Source: Mobula hypostoma (taxonomy: Eukaryota). From it: a stretch of 64,000 nt of DNA. This document shows, in pieces, positions 32,730-44,614 of the stretch. How positions within the stretch are numbered: position 1 is the stretch's first letter; each line of letters starts with the position of its first letter. A program made the translations under genes and the position numbers. The notes below the pieces were generated by a model. The model saw nothing but the letters and a program-made list of their open reading frames with translations, was not told the DNA's origin and did no database searches. The stretch spans positions 116,996,001 to 117,060,000 of the forward strand of contig NC_086097.1 of assembly GCF_963921235.1 (NCBI RefSeq), read 5' to 3'.

Positions 32730-33790
32730 CCCTGGTATGGAAACACCAGTGCCCAGGAGCGAAAAAGTCTACAGACAGTTGTGGATACAGCCCAGTCTTT
32801 CACAGACAAAGCTTTCCACAATACTTACAAGGAGTGCAACCATAAGAAAGAAGTGCCCCCACCCCCTCTCATTTCCTTGGCTGCATAAGCCTCGGGAACA
32901 CACACTCTGGTCCCTTGAGATTGAGACGGCTCTCCCACCCCAAACCCCGGTTCGAGTGGATGCTGTGTAATTTGCTCCCCTGTTACAACTCAGTGCCAAG
33001 AAACAACAGGTAGCTCACTGCATACAATTAAAGGAATTATGTTTATGAATCTTAACTAATGGGTCAGCAAAGAAAAGAAAACGAAAAGGGTTCATTGTAA
33101 TTAAACAGTCAAATGTGCACAAGTTGGAGCTCACTTCTTCCAAAATTCATATTCATAGATCCTTAGTCAACTGTGGCACCTTGCTGCCTCGAATTCCGGT
33201 CCCCCACCGGGTGGAATCCTATGACCAGTTCTCTCCAGCATCTTCTCTCTTCGTCTCCCACTGAACAAAAGGACCCCAGCTCACCTTCCAAAGCATTCAT
33301 TATCTCTAACCATAACCCAAACACAGTTTGTACAGAAAGACCATTACGTTAGCAGTGAAACCTTTCCAAGGGTGTTACAGCAGCATCATTCATCAAGGCC
33401 ATGCTCTCTTCTTGCTACAACACCATCATAAAGGAAGTGCAGGATCCTTAGGTCCCACAGCACCAACTTCGGGAGCAGTTCTTACCCTGCATCCATCAGA
33501 CTCCTGATTCAGTGTGGATAACTTCAAGTCTGAACTGATTCCATAACCTATAGACTTAATTTCAAGGATTCTACAACCCACATTTTCAGCATTATTTATT
33601 TACATTGTTTAAATTATTATGTCCTCTTTTGCACAATGGCTATTTGTGAGTCTGTTTTATATATATATATAGCTTTTTTTGAATATAAATTCAATTTATT
33701 TTCCTCTAAATCGCTTCAAAAAATAACCTCTAGTTAGCACATGGTGGTATATATGAACTTTGATAATACATTTACTTTGTACTTGAAACC
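32730..33790 (+). mobile_element. Rex1/Babar 3' fragment split by a solo LTR
   Basis: WYGNTSAQERKSLQTVVDTAQS before 32853; GCAGCATCATTCATCAAGG... and 3' UTR after 33380. Confidence 0.65.
32854..33379 (-). mobile_element. Solo LTR
   Basis: TG...TTACA termini, imperfect 4-bp TSD GAAG/GCAG. Shares GTGGATGCTGTG with the solo LTR at 53816. Orientation is inferred. Confidence 0.55.
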
Positions 33791-34075
33791 ATCTTGTGAA
33801 AAGTTGCCTCTTAGGTCCCTCATTAACCTTCTGCAGAGTATTCTGCGCCCTCTTGAGTGATTCAGATAGACAAGTTCCACTGCCTACCTCCTCATTTCTA
33901 TCTTCTCTAGAAGTGTCAGCCGCATGGCTCCTCTTGCTAGTGCCCTCTCTGTTGGCCCTCTGCCTTTGATAGCTCGGTCATTGGTTGGCTGTGGATGCTG
34001 TTGTGATACTGCTGCTGGACGTCTTTGCCTTGACCCTGACTCTGGTCAAAGCAGGACTCGTCCTGATAGTATCTA

Positions 34076-34240
34076 AACAGGCAAAATACTGGGGGAATTC
34101 AGCATCTATGGAGGGGAATAAACAGTCGATTATTCCCCAACACCCTTCATCAGGACCTGATCCTGGTCAGGGTCCATCAGGTTGATGGTGAGTCTCAGCT
34201 TGAAACATCAACCGCTTGAAACCCCTCCATAAATGCTGTG
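34076..34240. mobile_element. Two Penelope terminal-repeat fragments in inverted arrangement
   Basis: 34076-34157 (GCATCTATGGAGGGGAATAAACAGTCGA...CTTCATCAGGAC) faces 34181-34238 (GAAACATCAACCG...CCCCTCCATAAATGCTG). Confidence 0.5.
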
Positions 34241-34631
34241 AAGCCAACTGTCAAGCAAAATACTTTGAGTTGATCTTGGGCATTGAAATATGTTTATTAT
34301 GTAGCCTCCTTGTAATTGAAAAGAAACCAAAGATTAACAAAAGTTTAGGTTAAGAGGGCACAGTTTTGACAGAAATATAAGTTAAGCTGGATATGCAGGC
34401 AAAGGAGCAAATGGGTTCCAGTGATTAGGAAAATTACATGCCACTAGATAAAAAAGGCAAATATTTAATTAAGTGTTTATAATTTTAACAAGATTATATA
34501 TTCTATTTAGAGATAAAACCTCCATGTGAATGGGGATCCAAGCATGGTTCCTTTGAGGTTAGATATTAGATGTTTGCTTTCACCTAGAGCAGTGGACCTG
34601 TGAATTATGTTTTAAGAATAATTTGGAGCCT

Positions 34632-35217
34632 TAAGGTCGTCATACCTATGGGTGGTAATGGGGACTAAATGCTCCCAATGGTGTGCATTTCAAATAGCCT
34701 CTGACACCCAAGTCCAGCTCCTGACCTTCACATGTGGCTTAGATATTAAGCCCAGAAGAACCATTTCCACTAACAGGAGAAGGGGCAAAGGTAGATTACT
34801 GGCCCCTTAAAACCGGTGGCTTCTGGCAGTTGGGGCTCGTCAGCCATGGTTGGCGACTCATCTAGGAGAAGGAAAACTCTGATCTCAAACCTCTGCTGCT
34901 TTGCAGTGAGCTATACCCACTCATGGGGAGTAAACCCTGAGGAAAAATCCAGAGCTGGAGTCCCTAAGGCAGTCCTACAATGAGTTCAATGCAGACTGGC
35001 AACTCCTGCAATGCTATTGGTGCCAAATTGTATTGGTCTCTGCTGTTCCTTTGGATTCATCAGCTGCGTGGAGAGGGGGAGCCTGCTATATATGGGCAAC
35101 AGTTTGCTCTCCATATCGTACTTCCCTGGCTTGCATACTAGCCTGTGTATCATGTAGACAGCTGGGTCTCAACTGCCATGGTCGACCCAGACCAATGAAG
35201 GGCCAAGAAAAAAGAAA
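34632..35217 (+). mobile_element. Probable RTE-derived non-autonomous retroposon
   Basis: Contains GGGGCTCGTCAGCCATGGTTGG...TCTAGGAGAAGGAAAACTCTG, which resembles RTE 5' regions (from memory), and ends in a GAA/A-rich tail. Confidence 0.45.
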
Positions 35218-35704
35218 CCATTTAGAGTACTTGGGTTAATTAGCATAAAATACAGAAAATATTGAAATAAATCTGTGCAGTTGTATAAAACAGAAGAGAA
35301 TAATAGAGAGATATCTGTGTTCCTTGAAAGCAAAGCCAATAGAAGTTATAATAGGCCAATAAAGAACTAGCTGAGGCATAAAACAAATGTCTTGTATCTG
35401 TCTTCATTGCAGAAGATTCAATAAATATAGCATAGGTAATTCAGAACAAAGAGCGATGAACACACCAGAAAACTTAAAAGAATTAAATGCTAAAATATAT
35501 GATTAAACCAGACAGTGATTTCAATAACCTGTATTTCTCTGTATGTCGTGGCACCTCTCTGTTAGTGAATTACTATTGTAGTGGACTGCAATTCATACAA
35601 TTGACTGATTTCTGTCCTTATCTAAATTCCATTTTGCATAAAAGCTGATGGTAGCTTTTATGACTCGATTACCTTGGCAACAAGCAAGTGAAGACAAATA
35701 GAAA

Positions 35705-35930
35705 GGGGTGCCATGGTAGCATAGCGGTTAGCACAATGCTATTACAGCTCGGGGCGTTCCAGAGTTCAGAGTTCAATTCTCGCATTGCCTGTAAAGAGTT
35801 TGTACATTCTCTCTGTGACCACGTGGGTTTCCTCCGCGGGATTCGGTTTCCTCCCACAGCCCAAAGACGTACCGGTTAGTACTTTAATTGGTCATTGTAA
35901 ATTGTCCTGCGATTAGGCTGGTGTTAAATC
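35705..35930 (+). mobile_element. tRNA-derived V-SINE (HE1-like)
   Basis: A-box-like TAGCATAGCGG, B-box-like GTTCAATTC, and V-domain GAGTTTGTACATTCTC...GTGGGTTTCCTCC...GGTTTCCTCCCACAGCCCAAAGAC. Confidence 0.75.
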
Positions 35931-36369
35931 CATATCTGTTCCGTACTTTACCTCCAAATAAAATCAAGCGGATTCTGTTACCAGATTACACCTGGCAATG
36001 GCAAGACAAAAATATAGCTCATTGCGCTTTGTAACAGTGACAAAAACATAGCAGAAAAGGAGTTCCATGTGATTCAAGTGATATTAAGCAAAATATTAAA
36101 TGAACTGCACCCATCCGGTGTCCTGTTCAAGAACATACTCCATTCATTAATATTGCAAATGAACTTCATATGAATTTGGAAAAATTCAGCTATTGCAATA
36201 CCTGTAGCACTTTGAGTACATGATCCTGAATTTTTAGTGATGTTGTTTGTCAGTCAGCATGTCTGAAATCAGTACAATATTATTATTATACATGTAATAC
36301 AAAATCTTGAATGTTTCCCTTGTAATTGCAAGACCCCATGGGACATTGGTAACATAGAATATTGCAAGC

Positions 36370-36882
36370 CCAGTTCATTGGCTGACTGATGGTGGGGAAG
36401 CTGCGTGGTCTTGGTTGTTGCATGGACCGAGCCTTTACGCCGCGGGCTGCCTGCTGCAGCCACCCAAGGGAGGAGACACCCGAGGCAGTGTGGTGCAGTG
36501 AGCGTCTGGTGCAGGGTTGGGAACTGGCCCCCCCTCACTCAGTGCTGCCCTCCAGTGTTCGCTTGGTGGAAGACAAGCTGGATTGCATTTGTCTGTGGCT
36601 GCACTAGTGTGCAATGAGGAACTGCTGTGTGCTAGTTCTTGCAGAAACATGGCTCCAGGGCAACATCCATGCAATAAAAATCTGCAGGCCATGACACTCA
36701 GGGACTTAAGTGTTTTATTTTGTATACCTGTATGTTTTACTGCTATTGTGATTAAATGTACCTTGTGCTGTGTGCGACTGTTGGTAATGCGTCTTGTGTC
36801 TTGGCACCGGAGGAATGTTGTTTCATTTGGCTGTATTTATGTGTATTGTTGTATAATAATTAAACTTCAACTTAAACTTGAT
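36370..36882 (+). mobile_element. Rex1-related non-autonomous element
   Basis: GC-rich 5' part resembling a Rex1 N-terminus, joined to a 3' UTR ending in (AACTTG)-like repeats. Confidence 0.45.
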
Positions 36883-37252
36883 TCTAACAGCAATGTCTTT
36901 TTTTCAGGTTTAATATCATTGACATATATCATGAAATTTGTTGTTTTGCAGCAACCATACATTGCAATATATAAACAATCATAAATTGCAATAGGAAATA
37001 AAATTAAATTTAATTGTTTTTATGTATTTCCTATTGCAATTTATGATTGTTTATATATTGCAATGTATGGTTGCTGCAAAACAACAAATTTCATGATATA
37101 TGTCAATGATATTAAACCTGAAAAAAAGACATTGCTGTTAGAATCAAGTTTAAGTTGAAGTTTAATTATTATGCAACAATACACATAAATACAGCCAAAT
37201 GAAACAACATTCCTCCAGTGCCAAGACACAAAACGCATTACCAACAGTTGCA
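36773..37252. repeat. Long inverted repeat: 228-bp arms, 24-bp spacer
   Basis: 36773-37000 is the reverse complement of 37025-37252, with 4 mismatches by manual comparison. Confidence 0.95.
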
Positions 37253-37560
37253 GAAGGGAAGAAGCTGTTTCTAAAATGTTGAGTTTGTGGCTTCAGGCTA
37301 ACTTTCTCTCTAACGATAGTAATGAGAAGAGAGCATGTCCCAGATGGTGAGGGTCCTCAATAAAAATAGTGCTGCCTTTTTGAGGCATCGTCCTTTGAAG
37401 ATGTTCTCAATATTGGAGAGGCTAGTATCCCTAATGGAGCTGGATGAGTTTGTAACCCTCAGCTGCTTTTTTTCAAACCCTCTGCCATGGCCCCTCCATA
37501 CCAGATGGAGTTTCAACCAGTTAGACTGTATCTTCAGAAAATACCTGCAGGGGATACAAC
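37253..37560 (-). mobile_element. Rex1/Babar 3' fragment
   Basis: Minus ORF ...KKQLRVTNSSSSIRDTSLSNIENIFKGRCLKKAA. Confidence 0.65.
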
Positions 37561-39039
37561 AAACTCCACAATAAGAGGCATTTTTCACATTGTATACATT
37601 CTGTATACAGTTCTGTTTTGATCATTCAGATTCTGAAAAATTTACTCATTTTTTACAGATTTCTTTCCGTGAGTCATAGAATCTGAGAATCTTGAAATGC
37701 AGAAATAGTTTACCAGATTATCTGTTCTGAATAGAAACAACTGAGAAGAGTGAAGGTTGTCAAATGAAATAAAGACAGAAAATGCAGGAATTTTACAAGC
37801 AAAATTCATTTTCATAAAAATGTGCATGCTCTCAGAACATGCATTTATTCCCATTCAATCATTTTTAAAATACAATTAATGCAGTAATATAGAAAAATGG
37901 CAGCACATTTATACACGTGACAAATGAAATGTGAAAGAAAATTGAATTTAAAAATTGGGATTTAGAAAAGAAAGTTCAATAATCTGAGGGAAAGGCAGGT
38001 AAATGGAGCTAACTGAATGACTCTTCAAAGTGATGTCGCCAGCCTATGGGTCAATTGTCTTTACTGGAATCTATCACTGACAGAAATCACTTCAGTTGGT
38101 GTTTGATGAACCCAGTTAACCCAGTTAATAGCTGGTGGGGGGGGACACAAAATGCAGGTATTTATAGAATGGCAGAGTGAGTTCAGTATAAATGTGTGGA
38201 TGATATGTCATTGATCCAAAATCCATTTTAACTGAACATAATTAATGTTGTGAATTATGATACAAGTAACCAATAAAAACAGATGGCAAACATAATGATT
38301 TGCAATAGTATAAGGGTATTTATCTCATTAACTGGTCTGCATTGTGGCAAGGTACTCCCGTTCTGTTGATTTAACATCGATTATTCCAATGAGTTCAATT
38401 CTGTTTCTGAAGACCTGGATGATATGTATATTTTTTGTGGGCATCTGGGAGAATCATTGCAGTAGAGGTGAATGGTTTCCAGCATCACTCCTGACAAGGC
38501 AGATCGGGAGACTGCTGAATAAACTCATATTACTGAGCATACCGTGCTACACAAAAGGCCACTCAAGGAATAAAAAACAAGAAACCTACGTGTGGAGAAG
38601 TTCAGCTTCTCAGCAGAATGGAGATAAAGTTTGCAGAATAAAGTCTAAAATCTCCCATATGCCCTGCAACAAAGCGACAATCACAGTATGATATAATGTT
38701 TAATTGGCATATCCAGAATATTTGCAACATTTCCACTGTTACAGATGGATAGAGTGCATCGCTGAAAGTGTATTTTTCTTTCTCCTGTGATGTGTCTTTT
38801 ACTTTATTGGAATAAATTGGATTCATTCCAATTTATATATATCAGCTTTCCAAAGTGGGCCTTTGCTCAGGGGAGTGTGGAATTGAGATGTTACACACTT
38901 CATATTTCACCGAATCTTATGTGATGAAAGTTCAAGTTTAAAATTCAAGTTTATTTCTCAAGTTTACATTGAAACACAGTGAAAAGCATTGTTTCAATAA
39001 CAACCAACTATTCTTCTAGCTACCTTTTAAACTGGTTTT

Positions 39040-39335
39040 GATTTCATTTAAGGATACAGTGTGGACCAGGCCTTTCCAGACCATGAGCCATGCAGCCCAG
39101 CAGCCCTCCTATTTATCACTAGCCTAATCACAGGACAATTTACAATTTACCATTAAGCTACTAACCGTTACGTTTGTGGACAGTGGGAGGAAACTGGAAC
39201 ACCCAAAGGAAACCCATGCAGTCACTGAGGAAACACATCAACTTCTCACAGACAGTCCTGGAACTCAACTCCAAACTCCAGTGCCCCGAGCTCTAACAGC
39301 ATCACGCTAACCGCCACGTTGTCGTGGCACCCCTA
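39040..39335 (-). mobile_element. V-SINE (HE1-like) with CR1-type tail
   Basis: Reverse-complement similarity to the SINE at 35705 (GTGGCACCCC end; GTGGGAGGAAACTGGAACACCC). Confidence 0.7.
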
Positions 39336-40914
39336 GTTGTGACTCGATCGATAAGAATGCTCAGAAACAGAAGCCCCAGAATGATATTGCAGTATTCAGA
39401 TTTACGATTGTGCTCTCTTAGTTGGAATCATTCCATGAGACTTTTACTGAAGTGGTCACAATCAGAGTGCAGGTTTCAGATGGTAGATGGGTGACCATCA
39501 GGAGAAGTGAGGGTTTCCCTGCATCCATTCCTCTTAGCAGCAAGTATACTCTTTTAGGTTCTGCTGGGGGGTGGAGGGGATGTCCTATCAGGGCACAGCA
39601 GCAGTGCGGAAGGCAAGAGCGATAGTGATAGAAGACTCAATAGTCAGGGGGAAGGACAGGAGATTCTATGGCTCTGAAAAAGACACCAGGATAGTGTGTT
39701 GTCTCTCAGGTGCCAGGGCAGGGGTTTTAAACATTTTTTTGCAGTGGACCCCTTTGGCATTCTGGTGAAGCCGATGGACTACTTTCTCAGAATAATGTGT
39801 TTCAATATATAAAATAAAATACACAGAATTACAAAAGAAACCAATTCTATTGAAATACAGTTATCAAGATATTTTTTAAAAACACATTTGTGATATACTA
39901 TTACATGTGTTTCTTTATTAATGCATTACATAACAAGACAATACATTTAAAATATAACAGCAAGTAGCAAGTTAAGATTAATTTTTAATCTTTAATGACA
40001 TATCAGTGTGAAGCTGTTGTTGCTCAGCTTGATATAGAACATTAAACTGTGGGGTGGTCTTTGACAAAGCAACATGCATGTTATTTTGGACATCCAAACG
40101 ACTTTGATCTTTTGTTTTAATGGATGCAAGTGCTGAAAATCCTGATTCGCAACGATATGTTGTTGCAAATGGAATTAAACCTTCCTTAGCTCACTTTAAA
40201 AAGGGATAGGTTTCTCTCCCGGAGCACCAGAATTCCCCAAAGGTTTTTGTGTTAAACTCCAATTGTAGTAAGTTTTGTGCTAAGATCAACTCATCTTTGG
40301 CTAAATCAACATCTTCGATACAGTTTATATCAGAAAGAAAAGGATAGCGAATCCCATGGTTCAACTTCGATATCATCAAGACGGAAATAGCGTTTGAAAG
40401 CATTCTGAAGTGTTTCCAGGTGTTTACAGCTGTTCCTCTTCGAAGGGGTTGACAGAGAATTTTGTACCACAACTCCATCTTGATAAAGCACTTCCTCTCG
40501 TATTTGAAGATTTGCAAACATGTCCCCTTCGCCTCTCTTCTTCCATATTGGCAGCTTGGCCAAGAAAGCTGGTAATTTTTCAGTAGCATCCATAATAGTG
40601 ACCTGCTTCTAATAAAGATGATGTAGTGGTGTGCTACACACAGCGCTAAAATAACCACACGTAGTCGGTGAGTTAGAGTTGCGATGAAAAGAGATTTATT
40701 CAAACTTTGCAGCCTGCTTTAAAGCCTTCCCGTTCCCGCCCTCCCTGGAGCGGGACTGCTGTGGGGAATGCATATTCCCAGACCCTTTCTGCACGCGAGA
40801 TTTTCCCCCTGCTGGTGAAGATGGCCTGGCGCCCTTTTTGGGGCCGGCCCTCTGCCTGCGCGTGCTGTTGTGAGCCGGTTCGTGTGTGCCAGAAAGTGGG
40901 TCGCCACATAATCC

Positions 40915-43900
40915 CTCCCCAGAACCGAAGATACCTCCCCCAATGTCCACAGTCTGGATCGGCCTCTGTTTGGGCAGTCTGCCCCTGCGCCGCGGTGCCT
41001 GAGCCTGGACCGGCTGTGCCAAGTCCACATGGGCCGGTTTGAGTCTGTCCACCGTGAAAACCTCCTCTCTCCCCCCAATGTCCAGCACGAACGTGGACCC
41101 GTTGTTCCTGATCACCTTAAACAGCCCCTTGTAGGGCCGCTGTAACGGTGCCCGGTGTCCGCCCCGTCCGTGCTGTGAAGTGGCGATGGGGGCCAGGTTA
41201 CCGAGCCTCTCCCGTAGTCTGTCCAGGATTGCTGTGGGTTCTTCCTCTTGCCCCCTTGGGGCTGGTATGAACTCTCCTGGGACGTCCAGGCGTGCGCCGT
41301 ACACCAACTCGGCTGACGAGGTGTGCAGATCCTCTTTGGGCGCCGTGCGGAATCCGAGCAGGACCCAAGGAAGCTCGTCCACCCAGTTAGGCCCCTCCAG
41401 GCGGGCCATGAGAGCCAATTTCAGGTGACGGTGGAAACGCTCCTCTAGTCCGTTCGACTGTGGGTGGTCGGCAGTTGTGTGGTGTAGCTGAGATCCTAAA
41501 AGGTTGGCCATAGCCGACCACAGGCTGGAGGTGAACTGGGCGTCCCTGTCGGAGGTAATGTGGGCCGGTACCCCAAAGCGGGCTACCCAGGTTGCGATCA
41601 GTGCTCGGGCGCAGGATTCGGAGGTGGTGTCGGTGAGCGGGACTGCCTCTGGCCATCTGGTGAACCGGTCTATCATAGTTAGGAGGTACCGCACTCCTTG
41701 TGACACTGGCAGGGGCCCCACGATATCCACATGGATGTGGTTGAACCTCCGGCGGGTGGGTTCGAACCGCTGCGGTGGAGCCTTGGTGTGCCGCTGCACC
41801 TTGGCCGTTTGGCAATGCATGCACATTTTGGCCCATTCACTGACCTGTTTACGCAGTCCATGCCACACGAACCTGTTGGAGACCAGCCGGACGGTTGTCC
41901 TGATGGAGGGGTGTGCTAAGTTGTGAATGGACTCGAAAACCCGCCGGCACCAGGCTGCTGGGACGACGGGGCGGGGTTGGCCGGTAGCTACGTCACACAG
42001 TAGGGTCCTCTCACCTGGGCTTACGGGGAGGTCTTGGAGCTGCAAACCGGAGACTGCAGTCCTGTAACTGGGGATCTCAGTGTCTGCCTGCTGTGCCTCT
42101 GCCAGCGCTGCATAGTCCACCCCCTGGGACAGGGCCTGTATGGTGGGTCTGGATAATGCGTCCGCCACGACGTTGTCCTTTCCAGAGAGATGCCGGATGT
42201 CCGTCGTGTACTCGGAGATGTAGGACAGATGTCGCTGCTGGCGGGACGACTAGGGGTCGGACACCTTCATGAACGCAAAGGTAAGCGGTTTGTGGTCTGT
42301 GAACACGGTGAAGGGCCTACCTTCTAAGAAGTACCTGAAATGCCGGATTGCCAGGTATAGTGCCAATAGCTCCCGGTCGAAAGCACTGTATTTGAGTTTG
42401 GGTGGTCGTAGGTGTTTGCTGAAGAACGCCAGGGGTTGCCAGCGACCCTCGATGAGTTGTTCCAGCACTCCACCACCGCTGTGTTGGATGCCTCCACCGT
42501 GAGGGCAGTAGGAACATCCGTTCTGGAGTGCACTAGCATCGCGGCGTTTGCCAAGGCTTCTTTGGTTTTAACGAAAGCGGTTACGGCCTTTTCGTCCCAG
42601 GTAATGTTCTTGCCCTTACCCAACATTAGAGTGAATAGGGGTCGCATGGTTCGGGCTGCTGAGGGGAGGAAACGGTGGTAGAAATTCACCATACCCAAGA
42701 ACCCACGAATTCCTGCAAGCCTTTGAATCTGTTGGGTCGGGGGAAGTTGCAGACCGCGTCTACCTTGGCGGGCAGCGGGGTTGCCCCGTCTTTAGTAATC
42801 CTGTGGCCCAGGAAGTCGATGGTCCGAACTGGCATTTGGCTGGGTTGATGGTACGGCCGAATTCACTCAGGCGGGAGTAGAGCTGGTGGAGGTGGGACAG
42901 ACGCTCCTGCCGACTACTGCTGGCTATGAGGATGTCGTCCAAATAGATGAATGCAAAGTCCAGGTCGCGTCCCACCGCGTCCATTAGCCCCTGGAAAGTC
43001 TGTGCGGCATTCTTTAGACCAAATGGCATTCGGAGGAATTCGAGAAGTCCGAACGGGGTGATAAGTGCTGTTTTGGGGATGTCGTCCGGATGTACAGGGA
43101 TTTGATGGTATCCCCGGACGAGGTCTACCTTGGAAAAGATCCTTGCGCCGTGTAGGTTTGCTGCGAAGTCTTGAATGTGCGGCACAGGGTAGCGGTCTGG
43201 CGTTGTAGCCTCGTTCAGTCTGCGGTAGTCACCGCATGGTCTCCAGCCCCCCGTTGCCTTGGCTACCATGTGAAGGGGGGAGGCCCATGGGCTGTCGGAC
43301 CATCGTATGATCCCCAATTCCTCCATCTTTTTGAACTCCTTCTTCGCCAGTTGGAGCTTGTCCGGGGGAAGCCTTCAAGCACGGGCGTGGAGGGGTGGTC
43401 CCTGGGTCGGGATGTGGTGCTGTACTCCGTGTCTGGGCATGGCTGCCGTGAACTGCGGTGTCAGCACCGATGGGAAATCCGCCAGGACCCTGGTGAATTC
43501 ATCGTGGGACAGCGTGATGGAGTCCAGGTGTGCGGCTGGCAACTGTGCTTCACCCAGGGAGAACGTTTGAAAAGTCTTGGCGTGGACTAATCGCTTCCCT
43601 TGCAGGTCGACCAGCAGGCTGTGGGCTCGTAGAAAATCCGCCCCCAGGAGTGGTTGGGCCGCGGTGGCCAGTGTGAAGTCCCACGTGAACTGGCTGGAGC
43701 TGAACTGTAGCCGTACCGTGCGGGTGCCGTAGGTTCGTATTGTGCTGCCATTAGCGGCCCTCAGGGTGGGTCCCGGTTCTCTGTTGCAGGTATCATAACT
43801 CGTTGGAGGTAAGACGCTGATCTCCGCTCCGGTGTCGACCAAAAAGCGGCGTCCCGACTGCTTGTCACAGACGTACAGGAGGCTGTCCTGATGGCCGGCC

Positions 43901-43940
43901 GCCGTAGCCATCAGTGACGGCTGGCCCTGGCGTTTCCCGG
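40915..43940 (-). pseudogene. pol: CsRn1-type pol (PR-RT-RH-IN) with frameshifts and stops
   Basis: [58 protein letters not shown]...CMHCQ, HVDIVGP, ITSDRD, SNGLEERFH. Confidence 0.9.
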
Positions 43941-44614
43941 GAATTTGCAGGGTGGTCTGCAGCGGCGGGCCTCTGTGCCCCACCGCTGGTGGTAGAAACA
44001 CTATTGTTCGTTGGGCTCCTCACTCCCATCACCGGGTTTTGTAGGCTCTGCTGCCGGGCCTGGTCTGGTCTGTTGTTGGGCACGCGGCTTGGTGATCTGT
44101 GCGACGGGCGCCTCTCTCTCTTTCCTGGCAATCCACAGCACATCTGCTCGGGCTGCCACCTCCCGGGGGTTGCTGAAATCTGCGTCGGACAGCAGCAGGC
44201 ATATGTCCTCGGGCAGTTGCTCTAGGAACGCCTGCTCAAACATGAGGCAGGGTTTGTGTCCTTCAGCCAGGGCCAGCATCTCGTTCATTAATGCTGACGG
44301 CGGCCTATCTCCCAAACCATCCAGGTGCATTAAGCGGTGTTCTCGTTCACGCCGTGGGAGTCCGAAAGTCCTTATGAACAGGGCTTTGAATACTGTGTAT
44401 TTGCCGTCCTCCGGGGGCGATTGTATAAACTCCTCAACTTGTGCAGCTGTCTCCTTGTCGAGTGAGCTCAGCACGTAGTAGTAGCGAGTGGACTCCGAGG
44501 TTATCTGCCGAATGTGGAATTGAGCTTCTGCTTGTTCGAACCATAAATGGGGTCGCAGCGTCCAGAAGCTTGGCAGTTTTAATGAAACTGCGTGAACAGA
44601 TGCAGTGTCGGTCA
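43912..44614 (-). pseudogene. gag: CsRn1-type gag (premature TAG at 44001-44003)
   Basis: MTDTASVHAVSLKLPSFW...LWFEQAEAQF...LGDRPPSALMNEM...FLEQLP, followed by the CHCC knuckle. Confidence 0.85.

Noticed and set aside
33888..34072. Minus-strand coding exon
   Set aside because: Splice-like ends are present, but all three frames contain stops and the acceptor abuts a Penelope fragment.
35705..35780. tRNA gene
   Set aside because: The A/B boxes are followed by the V-SINE body and no full cloverleaf is evident.
36773..37252. Palindrome as a MITE or foldback transposon
   Set aside because: The arms are made of retroelement tails across a junction and no TSD flanks them.
38590..38664. Minus-strand coding exon after a strong acceptor
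   Set aside because: Stops in all three frames before the GTAGGT donor.
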